NCBI GenBank assembly: GCA_013287965.1
Contig: JABDCU010000001.1
Coordinates: forward strand, 5,910-69,909
Reading direction: 5' to 3'
Length of the DNA stretch: 64,000 nt
Origin: Candidatus Omnitrophota bacterium
GTDB lineage: Bacteria; Omnitrophota; Gorgyraeia; Zapsychrales; Fredricksoniimonadaceae
Shown here: in pieces, positions 48,224-57,950 of the stretch
How positions within the stretch are numbered: position 1 is the first letter of the stretch
Layout: each line of letters starts with the position of its first letter
Made by a program: the position numbers and the translations under genes
Notes under the pieces: model-generated
Databases searched by the model: none
Seen by the model: the letters and a program-made list of their open reading frames with translations, nothing else
What the model was told of the DNA's origin: nothing

Positions 48224-51200
48224 CTATAAACCAAGAAAATTCTTCAAATCCGTCATGGGTTGGATACTGATGATCACCGGTACAAAGCCCGGGGCGTTTT
48301 GCAACTGCGCCAGCATGGCTGGATCAAGGTGAAATTCTATTTCACCTCCATTATTTTGAGTCTGTAAATTCATATTGGAAGGAGTTAGGTCGATACCGCC
48401 TTCACGAGTCTTATATTCAACCTTCCTTTGAATATTCTTTGTCACCATAGCATCATCTGTAATAGGTTTTCCCTCTACAACAATGCCTTGTTGTTTAAAA
48501 ATTTCCGCTACCAATGCATTACGAAAAAAGTTGGTAAATTCTCGCGTATAATCGCCTGCTTCTGACAATCTATGTCCCATTTCTTCCATATAAGACCTGC
48601 CGAAAGATTCTGGGTCTGCCAGTTGACTTCTTTTCATCCCAATCTTCTTTGTTGCTGTATTCCAATAAGCCTGGTACCCTTCCAGCGCATCACCTGTCAA
48701 TTTACTTTTAACAGAAGTGAAAACTTCCATAGGACTAGGTTCTATTTTTTTCCCTAATATTTCTTCCAATTTTTTATCAATAATCTGGCGAAGTTGTAGG
48801 ATTTTAATCTCCGCAGGGGTCAAATCATCTATATTCATATATTGAAAATCTGGTTCCAATACTTCAGAATCAAGGTGAACCCCTAAGCTATGGATTACTA
48901 ACGCGATATTATAGTTCATAAACACCACTTGATAACCCATATTTCTTAAGAGTAACTGTGTATCGGGATCATGGATGGTACGTTGTGTGCCTAAAACAAC
49001 CTTCTTGGGATCCCATCCTTTTTGACTTACAACACTTTCCCATGCATTCTGCCAAGTCTGACGGTTTTTGTATGAAGGAATTCTTGTTACATCTTGATAC
49101 TCCGGTCGAGATCCGTTAACTTTTAAAGCCGCATTAATAACCGCAGTTACAGCCTCAACAGAATCTGTTTGTGCCAACATCAATCCAATTGCTTCAGTGA
49201 CTTTGCCTGCATGAAGAACATTCCGGTCGGGAGAAACAATGATTCCAGGTATATTAATAAAATTATAACTCAATATATTATGATGTGAACGTGCAGTATC
49301 TTGAACCTCTAAACCTTGGACATAAAGCCTATCACTAGTCGTTGAAACTATTTCTCCGCCTTCTGTCGTACTTAATGGATGATAATTGGGATTTAGAATA
49401 AGTGCTTTTTCTGCTAAGCGTCTAACAGATTTTAAAAAATCTGAAGTAGGTTGAGTGAAAATGGTCTCCGAACCTTCTATAAGTTGTTTACGTAAATGTA
49501 CCATATCATAACTCAAAACTTGCACTTGGACTGATTTGCCATCAGCATCATTATAAAATTGTGTTTCGATTTTAGCTTTAGCTTTCCAATTTCTTGATCT
49601 TAATTCAAGCCCTAATCCCGCTCTTAAACAAGCTGCGGACAACATTTTGAGACCTTCTCCCCATCCGCCCGCAGCTTCAGGGGTTTCATTTTTTGTACTG
49701 AATAAAAGTCCTAAAAGTTTATAATCATACCCTGTTCCATTGTCTCGGATACGAACGGATGCAATCCGGTCATCGTGGAATTGAGAAATCTCATTAATAT
49801 CCAGCCATCGGGATTCCTCTTCACCTTTTAATGAAAATTCCACGTTAATCTTCGTGGAGCCTGCGTCTTTAGGCAAATGGTTTTGGACTGCATCCAATAA
49901 AATTCGATCAATCCCCCAAGCGGTTTCACGATAATTAAGAGTCAATCCGGTACTTACATTTTGATTTTCTTTCTCATAATAAATTGATGTTGTTGTTGCC
50001 ACGCCTGCTTTTACTAAAAGAATTCCTACAAGGCCAGATATGAGTACGACCTTTTTCCCTTCTTTAATTGCTTGTTCAGTAAGCGCATCCGGTTTTCCAC
50101 TATAACCCGTTGTCTCCCCCAATATTGCGTCTTCACCATATAAACCTTGAAATGCTTGACGCCATACATTAGCCGCCCGTTCATCCAACTTCCTGTAATA
50201 ATCAAAATATAGACCGTTTTCATAGAACTCCTCCGAAACCTTAAACTTACCGTCCTCCTCTTTCATTATAGATTTCTGTATAAAATGTTTTGCAATTTCA
50301 GGTGTTATATTCTCAAACATTGCTAACTTTACCACTGCCTCTATCGCTGAACGAGGCAGGTTATCACGATCACGATTAAGATCTGAATCATTAAAAAGAT
50401 TATAGTTAAAAAGAGCAGGCCTGTAAGCGATATTGCCGTCCGGAAGACTTATAACGTAATTTCCTTTAACATAAATTTCACTCTTTTCTCCTGAGCGTTT
50501 CCCTACAACTTCTCCCACATTTCCAGTGACCAGTGTTGGTCTATATTCCTGATTTAAAAACAACACCAAGTCTGGCAACCTTTTTGCTTGATTCAAAAAT
50601 TCAGAACTAGGGGAACGGATGATCGTCCTTGAACCTGACATTCCTTGTGTATCACTTACTTGTAATGCAATGTTATATGTGGCGATCTCATTTTGAAAAC
50701 CCTTATTAAGGATTTTTTCTGCTATGATTGGTTTAGCCTGCCAAGAGCGGGATTGAAATTCAACTTGAATACCCCGCTTCATTGCAGCCGCGGTCGCAAT
50801 TTTAAGACCTTCTCCAAATTTTCCTGACTCCTCAGTTGAGCCTTTGGTCGTAAGAAAATATTTCAAATGTTCTACATCATAACCGATACCATCATCCGCT
50901 ATCTCAATCGAATCAACATCCTCTGGTCGAAGAGATTGGACTTCTGGATCCAACAGCCCAATAGTTCTTCCGTTTTTTAAATGAAAGGTTACTTCGGTCT
51001 TGCTTCCTTTTGCATCCGCGGGTTTATGATTTTGGACAAAATCAATTAAAATACGGCGTTCATCCCATTTTTCCAAACCACCGTAATCAAGAGTCATGTC
51101 CGTATCAATTATTTTGACTCCTTGTGCTTTGGGGACGCTTTCAATTCTTTCAGGTTCAATTACCACTTCCTGCTTTACTGAATCATCTACCACCTCTTTG

Positions 51201-53017
51201 TTTTTATTATCTTTTTTACGCCAATTAAAAAGACCCGTACCAATATCCGTCTGATTACCTGTCTGATTTACGTCCGCTGGATTAATAAGAACGCCATCTT
51301 TTAATTCCCGCACAGCCGCATTATGGGCTTCAATCCAGCCCCATGTTGGATTCTGTTTACGATAAAAAACTTCCCGTTGTTCATGTTTCAGAAGCCGTAC
51401 ATTATTTAATTCTTCTTCCAGCCCCACTATAAGCCACTGCCCATTCCAGGGGCCTTCCTGGGATGATTGAAAATTTACTGACTTAGCCCCAAAACCTTCT
51501 TGGGGATTCATTACCCATTTATAAATGGCTTTACCTATACGGTCTTCTTGGGCATGCTGGCTAATTTTCAAAATCACATTCCCATCTTGATCGACATCCT
51601 CATCTACCAAACCTTTCTGCCTTAACTGCTCTACTAAAAATTCAATAATTTCGCTGTTCGAACCTGTGGCGGATAAATGGGCAAAACGCGCAATTAGCCG
51701 TAAAATTCTGTTCAAACGTTGTGCGTTTCTATCATGCGCCATGGACGTTGAAGGTAAATTTTGATCGGCATTATCGATCTTTGTTGTTTCACCTATGCCA
51801 GGATCAACAAAAGTACCCACTACATAGGTTCCATTAGTATCATTTATATTAGGCATGACTCCTGCTGAAGTAACCAGCGGTGTAATGTTTAATTTTTCTA
51901 GTGCTACCCCGCCTGAAAAATACTTTCTGGGAATGGTCTCTTGGGATAATGTGTCCGTATCTTCCTTAATATAATTGAACACGCCCTTCTTAAAAGCCTG
52001 TAAATACCGCCCATAAATTCTTTCTTTTTCTTTTGGATCATCAATATTGACCCCCACAACCTTGTTCTTATTCTCATAAACTTGCTCCAAGATACTGTCC
52101 TTGATCTTTTTCTTGTACCAGGTGGCTAAGATGAGGGAATTGTAAACTTGGCGCAATTTGGCAAAATTCTTGCCTTCGTTGACTTCCTTGGTGAGCTCTG
52201 GGATGACGATTTCTCTAACGATTTGAGAGCCTAAAGTACTCACGTCATTCTGAGGCGTAGCCGAAGAATCTAAAGGTGTCTTAAGATGCGCTGCGCTTCT
52301 TCGCTCGCTCAGGATGACAGAATGCTTTTCTAATGATAAATAATCCTGCTCAAGCATTACCTTTAGCTTTGCTTCCACTACATACGCGGTGCCGGCTTTG
52401 GCGTTTTCGTAAACTACGGCTTTTTCCGGCACTATCCATACCTTGTTAAAAGTATTGACCGGAATATTGGTTGTGCCAAATCTTTTAGACGCCTCTTCAT
52501 AAATACGCTTCCAGAATTTCTTGCCAATCTCATCCTCAGGATAAATCAAACTCGCTGTTATTTGTTTGAGCATGTAGTCTTCGGCAAGCAGGTCTCGGCC
52601 CATTTCAGTAAGACCAAAACTTTGAGGAATGATCCTATCCTTCTCGTAAGGGCTCAGGTTGACCCAAAGGTCTTTTTCAGGGATGGTTAGGCTGGCTAGG
52701 AAGTATTTGATTAATTTCGTGGATTCTATTTTAAGTTGTTCTTGGTTCTGGATTCCCGCTTTCGCGGGAATGACAGGGTTAGAATCGCCTTGGTCTAATA
52801 TGAAATCAAAACGGAAAGGATTGTCAGGATGGACTTTGATCCCTTTCAGCATTGGAGGATTAAGCGGTGGGCTTAGATGGACCATGACCCCGGGCGCAGG
52901 CAATCGAAAATCTTGGGCTTGAACTAAAGGAACATTAAAACCAGTAACAGTAAAACATACCGTTACCAGTAAGCTGATCATCCTGCGCCAATTTAAAAAA
53001 TGAACAGGGGCTCCCAT
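48224..53017 (-). CDS. Large exported modular protein: host-like N- and C-terminal regions around tandem GHKL-ATPase-like domains and metallopeptidase-like motifs
   Basis: Signal peptide ...LVQA. Two sets of DxVQN / DxGxG / GxxGEGLK motifs, HEQRE and EEMGH, and C-terminal GGIDL. Confidence 0.8.
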   Translation of the reverse strand: MGAPVHFLNWRRMISLLVTVCFTVTGFNVPLVQAQDFRLPAPGVMVHLSPPLNPPMLKGIKVHPDNPFRFDFILDQGDSNPVIPAKAGIQNQEQLKIESTKLIKYFLASLTIPEKDLWVNLSPYEKDRIIPQSFGLTEMGRDLLAEDYMLKQITASLIYPEDEIGKKFWKRIYEEASKRFGTTNIPVNTFNKVWIVPEKAVVYENAKAGTAYVVEAKLKVMLEQDYLSLEKHSVILSERRSAAHLKTPLDSSATPQNDVSTLGSQIVREIVIPELTKEVNEGKNFAKLRQVYNSLILATWYKKKIKDSILEQVYENKNKVVGVNIDDPKEKERIYGRYLQAFKKGVFNYIKEDTDTLSQETIPRKYFSGGVALEKLNITPLVTSAGVMPNINDTNGTYVVGTFVDPGIGETTKIDNADQNLPSTSMAHDRNAQRLNRILRLIARFAHLSATGSNSEIIEFLVEQLRQKGLVDEDVDQDGNVILKISQHAQEDRIGKAIYKWVMNPQEGFGAKSVNFQSSQEGPWNGQWLIVGLEEELNNVRLLKHEQREVFYRKQNPTWGWIEAHNAAVRELKDGVLINPADVNQTGNQTDIGTGLFNWRKKDNKNKEVVDDSVKQEVVIEPERIESVPKAQGVKIIDTDMTLDYGGLEKWDERRILIDFVQNHKPADAKGSKTEVTFHLKNGRTIGLLDPEVQSLRPEDVDSIEIADDGIGYDVEHLKYFLTTKGSTEESGKFGEGLKIATAAAMKRGIQVEFQSRSWQAKPIIAEKILNKGFQNEIATYNIALQVSDTQGMSGSRTIIRSPSSEFLNQAKRLPDLVLFLNQEYRPTLVTGNVGEVVGKRSGEKSEIYVKGNYVISLPDGNIAYRPALFNYNLFNDSDLNRDRDNLPRSAIEAVVKLAMFENITPEIAKHFIQKSIMKEEDGKFKVSEEFYENGLYFDYYRKLDERAANVWRQAFQGLYGEDAILGETTGYSGKPDALTEQAIKEGKKVVLISGLVGILLVKAGVATTTSIYYEKENQNVSTGLTLNYRETAWGIDRILLDAVQNHLPKDAGSTKINVEFSLKGEEESRWLDINEISQFHDDRIASVRIRDNGTGYDYKLLGLLFSTKNETPEAAGGWGEGLKMLSAACLRAGLGLELRSRNWKAKAKIETQFYNDADGKSVQVQVLSYDMVHLRKQLIEGSETIFTQPTSDFLKSVRRLAEKALILNPNYHPLSTTEGGEIVSTTSDRLYVQGLEVQDTARSHHNILSYNFINIPGIIVSPDRNVLHAGKVTEAIGLMLAQTDSVEAVTAVINAALKVNGSRPEYQDVTRIPSYKNRQTWQNAWESVVSQKGWDPKKVVLGTQRTIHDPDTQLLLRNMGYQVVFMNYNIALVIHSLGVHLDSEVLEPDFQYMNIDDLTPAEIKILQLRQIIDKKLEEILGKKIEPSPMEVFTSVKSKLTGDALEGYQAYWNTATKKIGMKRSQLADPESFGRSYMEEMGHRLSEAGDYTREFTNFFRNALVAEIFKQQGIVVEGKPITDDAMVTKNIQRKVEYKTREGGIDLTPSNMNLQTQNNGGEIEFHLDPAMLAQLQNAPGFVPVIISIQPMTDLKNFLGL
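52243..52319. repeat. Palindromic element family C (inverted dimer), intragenic in frame
   Basis: CGTCATTCTGAGGCGTAGCCGAAGAATCT ... CTTCGCTCGCTCAGGATGACA, encodes VILSERRSAAHLKTPLDSSATPQND. Confidence 0.85.
52749..52775 (-). repeat. Palindromic element family A, intragenic
   Basis: tggattcccgctttcgcgggaatgaca, encodes VIPAKAGIQ. Confidence 0.95.
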
Positions 53018-53161
53018 GCTTAAAGTATTTAGTATAAAACTATATAATGCAAGGGCTTGGGAAGGATTTTGAGGAAACGGTTTCCTGTAAATATACCGAC
53101 GAGATAAAAAAATTCTATCTAAGATCAGAGGAAAATGATCTTTTAATTATTTCATAAAGGA

Positions 53162-53542
53162 TTAAATATGCGCTACAACTTCGATTTCCACCATGGAATC
53201 CTTGGGAATGCGGGCAACCTGGATGGTGGAGCGGGCCGGCGCTGTTTCGGCCTTAAAATGCTTGGCGTAGACCTCATTCATTCCCGCGAAATCATTGAGG
53301 TCTTTGAGGAAAACCGTGGCCTTGACCACCTTTTCCAAAGATGAACCGCCGTGGGTCAAGACCGCGATGAGATTTTGGATGACTTGCTCTGTCTGCTCCT
53401 TGATGCCGCCGGGAACCATATTGCCTTGGACATCCAGCGGGATCTGCCCGGCCGTATAAATTAAATTGCCGATGGACACGGCTTGATTATAGGGGCCAAC
53501 GGGTAAGGATGCTTTATCTGTTTTAATGATCTTCTTGCTCAT
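53162..53542 (-). CDS. ridA: RidA/YjgF family enamine deaminase
   Basis: GPYNQA, AGQIP, VVKATVFL, PARS, VEIE. Confidence 0.93.
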   Translation of the reverse strand: MSKKIIKTDKASLPVGPYNQAVSIGNLIYTAGQIPLDVQGNMVPGGIKEQTEQVIQNLIAVLTHGGSSLEKVVKATVFLKDLNDFAGMNEVYAKHFKAETAPARSTIQVARIPKDSMVEIEVVAHI

Positions 53543-54770
53543 GGGAACTCCTATGTTTGATGATGGCCTGCGCTACGGTGTATCCGCTGGCCCAGGCCCA
53601 TTGAAAATTAAATCCGCCGATGCGGCCGTCCACATCCAGGATCTCTCCGGCAAAAAATAAACCGAGCGTTAATTTTGATTCTAACGTTTTAGGATTGATT
53701 TGGGTCCAATCAACACCGCCAGCAGTAACTTCTGCCTTACTATACCCGAGCACTCCTGTAACATCAAGCGGATATTGCACGCATCTGTCGATCAGGCGCT
53801 GACGGGAAGCTTTGTCCAACTGATTCATGGGCAAAGAAGCTTCAATGCCTGCTTTTTTGAAGATGATATCTGCCAAGCGTTGGGGCATTAGTTCGATCAA
53901 TACATTCCTGATTGTCTTGCGGGGATTTTGTGTCCCAAGCTGGCGCAGATGCTCACCCCAAGAATTCTCATTATAAGTCGGAATAAAATTAGCAATGACC
54001 TGTTTCTTGCCTTTGGCCTTAAGAAAATGCCGGCTGATATCCAGGGCCGCGGGACCTGAAAAACCAAGGTGCGTGAAAAGAAAACTGTCCCGGAAAGAAA
54101 TACACCGTTTGCCGTCGGCTACAAGCGTCAGCTGGACTTCAAGGGTGATGCCTGATAAAGATTTGAAATCATTGTCCTGAGTGGTCAAAGGTGTTAGCGC
54201 GGGAACGGTTTCGACCATTGAGTGCCCAAAAGATTGTGCCAGCCTATACCCTGTGCCGTCGCTGCCGGTAGTAGGATAGGACAATCCGCCGGTGGTGAGG
54301 ACCACATTTTTCCCATTAAAATGAAACTGGTCTCCTTGGAGAATGAACCCTTCTTTGTCCCTGCTGACAGCCTTGACTTTATGCTCGCATAAAAGCGTGA
54401 TGTTCTTGGCTTGATTGATTTTGCGTAAAAGTGCCTCGAGAACGGTTTTACCGGAATTGGTGGAAGGAAAATACTTGCCCGTGGGCTCCAGGACCAGCTC
54501 AACACCCAGGCCGCTGAAAAACCTGATCGTGTCTTCATTGCTGAAAGAACGCAAAATATTGCGCACATAAATGATCTCTTCGCTGTTAAAATCTTTTTCA
54601 CTGACAGCTTTGTTGGTGACATTGCAGCGGGTCCCACCGGACATCAGTATCTTGGCGCCGACTTTTTTCTGCCCTTCAAGCAAAAGCACCTGCAAACCGC
54701 CCTGGGCCGCCTGGATGGCTGTCATCAGGCCCGCTGCGCCGGCACCGACGATGATCACGTCATAAATCAT
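53523..54770 (-). CDS. HI0933/YhiN-family flavoprotein oxidoreductase
   Basis: GAGAAG, KILMSGGTRCNVTN, GGLSYPTTGSDG, GGFNFQWAWASG. Confidence 0.93.
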   Translation of the reverse strand: MIYDVIIVGAGAAGLMTAIQAAQGGLQVLLLEGQKKVGAKILMSGGTRCNVTNKAVSEKDFNSEEIIYVRNILRSFSNEDTIRFFSGLGVELVLEPTGKYFPSTNSGKTVLEALLRKINQAKNITLLCEHKVKAVSRDKEGFILQGDQFHFNGKNVVLTTGGLSYPTTGSDGTGYRLAQSFGHSMVETVPALTPLTTQDNDFKSLSGITLEVQLTLVADGKRCISFRDSFLFTHLGFSGPAALDISRHFLKAKGKKQVIANFIPTYNENSWGEHLRQLGTQNPRKTIRNVLIELMPQRLADIIFKKAGIEASLPMNQLDKASRQRLIDRCVQYPLDVTGVLGYSKAEVTAGGVDWTQINPKTLESKLTLGLFFAGEILDVDGRIGGFNFQWAWASGYTVAQAIIKHRSSHEQEDH

Positions 54771-54772
54771 TT

Positions 54773-55504
54773 TTAAATCCTCATGTTCCGGATCCCCACC
54801 TTCGCGGGAATGACAGCGGAAGGATCAACTTCCCTAAATTGACCAGGGATAAGATCGCCCAATTTTAGTTTTCCAAAAGCAATGCGTTTAAGGGCCGTGA
54901 CCTCCGAGCCCAGCGCCTCGAACATGCGGCGGATCTCACGGTTTTTCCCCTCAGTAAGCTCTACGATCAGATGGGACTCTTTATTGCTGGCTTTTCGCAA
55001 AGTGATTGATGATGCTTTCAATATCTGCCCCTTGTCCTGGATGCCTTGTGATAAACGTTTTATCTCATCGTCGGTGATCTTGCCTGCGACACTGACCGCG
55101 TAGATGCGCGGTATTTCATTGTCCGGATCAGTCAAAAAATTCGAAAGCTGAGTGTCGGTAGTCATCAATAATAAACCGCAGCTCGCCATATCCAAGCGTC
55201 CCACCGGATGCAGGTGCTGTAAATGAGGCGGCAATAGGTCATAAATTGTTTTGCGCCCCTTCTCATCTGATCTGGTGGTGACAATGCCCCGAGGCTTATA
55301 CATCATGATCGTACAAGCAGCAGCGCGGGCCGCCGGCTTACCATCAATAGTGATACGGATTTTCTCCGGAACAACTAAAAACGCAGGGTCTTTGATGACA
55401 CGGCCATTGACTGCGATGCTGCCGGCCTCGATCAGCCGTTTAGTCTGCGCACGGGACATGATGCCTAGTTTTGACAATGCCCGCTCTAAAGGAACTTGAC
55501 CCAT
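54773..55504 (-). CDS. RsuA/RluB-family rRNA pseudouridine synthase
   Basis: S4 domain, KPRG, VGRLD, EGKNREIRRM. Confidence 0.93.
   Translation of the reverse strand: MGQVPLERALSKLGIMSRAQTKRLIEAGSIAVNGRVIKDPAFLVVPEKIRITIDGKPAARAAACTIMMYKPRGIVTTRSDEKGRKTIYDLLPPHLQHLHPVGRLDMASCGLLLMTTDTQLSNFLTDPDNEIPRIYAVSVAGKITDDEIKRLSQGIQDKGQILKASSITLRKASNKESHLIVELTEGKNREIRRMFEALGSEVTALKRIAFGKLKLGDLIPGQFREVDPSAVIPAKVGIRNMRI
54789..54815 (-). repeat. Palindromic element family A (degenerate), at the C-terminus of the pseudouridine synthase
   Basis: cggatccccaccttcgcgggaatgaca, encodes VIPAKVGIR. Confidence 0.85.
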
Positions 55505-56433
55505 AAGCCCGCCAGATAGCTTTCCTTAAAACTGTTGCTGCCCGTAAAATCCTTGTCCTGCCCCACCCGTTGAATATGCGCCACCCGTCGGCCGTTGATT
55601 CCCGCCTTCGCGGGAATGACAATGGAATGTAGCATGCGCTCCAGATCAGCGTGGCTGATCTCACTGTAATTCGTCGTTACCAGCAAATACCCTCCTGGAT
55701 TTAAGACCGCCACGGCCAACGCTATTAATTTAGGCAGATCGCGTTTGACCTGGAACACCTTGCCTTCATGACGGGCAAAAGAAGGCGGATCAAGGATGAT
55801 CACATCAAAATTATTTCCCTTTTTAAAAGCCCTCTGCAAAAATGAAACGGTATCTGCCTTGATGAATTCTCCCGCGGCACCAGGCAAAGCATTGAGCTGA
55901 TAATTATTCTTCCCGCGGTCCAGTATCTTGCGGCTGATATCTGTATTAATGACTTCGCTGGCACCCCCAGCGCGGGCATGTGCCCCGAAAGAACAGGTAT
56001 ATGAAAATCCGTTAAGGACTTTTTTTCCCTTGGAGAACTGTCCGACCATCCTGCGGTTGGCCCGCATGTCTAAAAACAAACCGCAGTTAAGCCCGTCATC
56101 CAAATTAACTTCAAACTTAATGCCGTATTCTTCAACGACCGTTCGGGGGTCAGCGCCTATCAATACCTCTGCCTTGACCTCTAGTCCCCTGCGGGCTTTG
56201 ACGATCAGATACTCCACCGGCATAGAGGAAGTCAATACATGGCAGATCTCATCCATTTGTTTATGCCAATGGTCAGCTAAAATCTGTACATGAAAATGTT
56301 TGTTATGCCGGTCGATCAGAAGCCCATCCAAGCCATCACCCTTGCCATTGACTAAGCGCATAGCATTGGTGATCAAATTTAATTGCTTTCGCCGTTGGAG
56401 GGCTTTCTCAAAGGTGCTTGCGAGCAATTTCAT
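55486..56433 (-). CDS. RlmI/RlmK-like SAM-dependent rRNA methyltransferase
   Basis: GLFLDMRANR, VLNGFSYT, IILDPPSF; likely start ATG 56433. Confidence 0.88.
   Translation of the reverse strand: MKLLASTFEKALQRRKQLNLITNAMRLVNGKGDGLDGLLIDRHNKHFHVQILADHWHKQMDEICHVLTSSMPVEYLIVKARRGLEVKAEVLIGADPRTVVEEYGIKFEVNLDDGLNCGLFLDMRANRRMVGQFSKGKKVLNGFSYTCSFGAHARAGGASEVINTDISRKILDRGKNNYQLNALPGAAGEFIKADTVSFLQRAFKKGNNFDVIILDPPSFARHEGKVFQVKRDLPKLIALAVAVLNPGGYLLVTTNYSEISHADLERMLHSIVIPAKAGINGRRVAHIQRVGQDKDFTGSNSFKESYLAGLWVKFL
55595..55621 (-). repeat. Palindromic element family A, intragenic
   Basis: ttgattcccgccttcgcgggaatgaca, encodes VIPAKAGIN. Confidence 0.9.
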
Positions 56434-57941
56434 GGATGGGCTCTTAAGATTTCTTCTGTGGCCCGACGGCAGTTCCCTGTGGGACAATCCAGGTAGGACA
56501 ATTCCAGCCTGCGCTCCATGATATCATCAACATTTTGCGCCATCTCAACATCCCGCGCATAAACGACCTGGGCGGCAATGGCCGATGAGCAGGAGCAGAT
56601 CTTTTCTTTAAGCAGGTCATTGCCTTGGGCGATATTAAGCACATCCCCAAAGCGGCTGCCATAGATACCCTGCAAATACCTGACTAAGTCAAGCGACACT
56701 CCATAGCGCTGGCTTAAGATCTTAAGTTCCTCGTTACATCCCCCGCTGCCGTAAAGAACATACTTTTCCCCATACGGTATACGCGAAGCAATAGAAGGCA
56801 TTTCTTTCCTGACGGCCTCCTCGGCAATGGCGCGATAGGTGGTGTATTTACCGCCCATGACAAAACAAATACCGGAGGAATTCGTTTCAATGTCATGCTT
56901 ACGGGAAATGCGCGAAGGGTCTCCTTTGTCAGCGACCAAAGGCCTTAAACCGGCAAAGGTGGTAATGATCTTGGACGCGTTAAAATTAATATTAGGAAAA
57001 ACCCTGCCTGCTTCCTGCAATAAATACTGCACGTCCGCTTCCTCGACCTTTACGCTGTCCGGACTTTGATGGTAATCCGTATCAGTGGTCCCTATTAAAG
57101 TATTGCCCTTAAAAGGAATGACAAAAAAAATACGTTTGTCCTGGCGGCTTTGCAGTAAAAAGGCGCTGGAAGAAATTTCACCCCGGTAAACAATGTGGAC
57201 ACCCTTGGTCGGCCGCAGGCGCTTGACAGAGCGCGGCCTGTCTTTTTCAATTAACTCATCTGACCATGGCCCCGCGGTCACAATGATCTTGGACGCAAAA
57301 ATATCCATCTGCTGGCCGTTTAACCTATCACGGGCCTTGACACCAACGGCGCGTTTATTGTTGTCTTTGATAAAACTTTCAACCTCAACATAATTAGCTG
57401 CTGCTGCCCCGTGCAGGTCTGCCATCAATACATTTTCCAAACAAAGCCTGGCATCATCCATCTGGGCATCAAAATATTCCACCCCTCCGACCAGCCCGTC
57501 TAAGTTAATGGCCGGTGCCCGTGACGTAATGTCAGCGACGGATAAAAAGCGATGATGGCCGATCCGGTATTTACCGCCCAAAAGATCATAAAGCCAAACG
57601 CCTAATTGCATCATCCATAAGGGCCTTTTGTCATTCTTATAGACCGGGATAACAAAGGGCATGGGCTTGACCAGATAGGGTGCCGCCTGCCACTGGATGA
57701 AACGTTCCCTTAAGGATTCATGCACTAGGTCAAATTCAAAGTTTTCCAGATAACGGATGCCGCCATGCAGGAGTTTGGTGGATTTACTTGAGGTGCCGCC
57801 GGCAAAATCACCCTTTTCCAGCAAAGCAACGCTGGCCCCGCAACTGGCAGCCAAATTAGCAATGGCCGCGCCATTGATCCCTCCGCCGACGACAATGAGA
57901 TCGAATTTATTTTTACTAAGGCGTGAAATATCGCGGATCAA
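56430..57941 (-). CDS. glpD: FAD-dependent glycerol-3-phosphate dehydrogenase
   Basis: GGGING, GTSSKSTKLLHGGIRYL, GGKYTTYR. Confidence 0.93.
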   Translation of the reverse strand: MIRDISRLSKNKFDLIVVGGGINGAAIANLAASCGASVALLEKGDFAGGTSSKSTKLLHGGIRYLENFEFDLVHESLRERFIQWQAAPYLVKPMPFVIPVYKNDKRPLWMMQLGVWLYDLLGGKYRIGHHRFLSVADITSRAPAINLDGLVGGVEYFDAQMDDARLCLENVLMADLHGAAAANYVEVESFIKDNNKRAVGVKARDRLNGQQMDIFASKIIVTAGPWSDELIEKDRPRSVKRLRPTKGVHIVYRGEISSSAFLLQSRQDKRIFFVIPFKGNTLIGTTDTDYHQSPDSVKVEEADVQYLLQEAGRVFPNINFNASKIITTFAGLRPLVADKGDPSRISRKHDIETNSSGICFVMGGKYTTYRAIAEEAVRKEMPSIASRIPYGEKYVLYGSGGCNEELKILSQRYGVSLDLVRYLQGIYGSRFGDVLNIAQGNDLLKEKICSCSSAIAAQVVYARDVEMAQNVDDIMERRLELSYLDCPTGNCRRATEEILRAHP

Positions 57942-57950
57942 TTTATCCCC

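Noticed and set aside
53274-53292. TCATTCCCGCGAA in ridA as an eighth family A copy
   Set aside because: No second arm, and it encodes the normal RidA segment DFAGMNEVY.
12520-55621. CRISPR array from the palindromic repeats
   Set aside because: Copies are dispersed over tens of kb with no regular spacers, and there are no cas genes.
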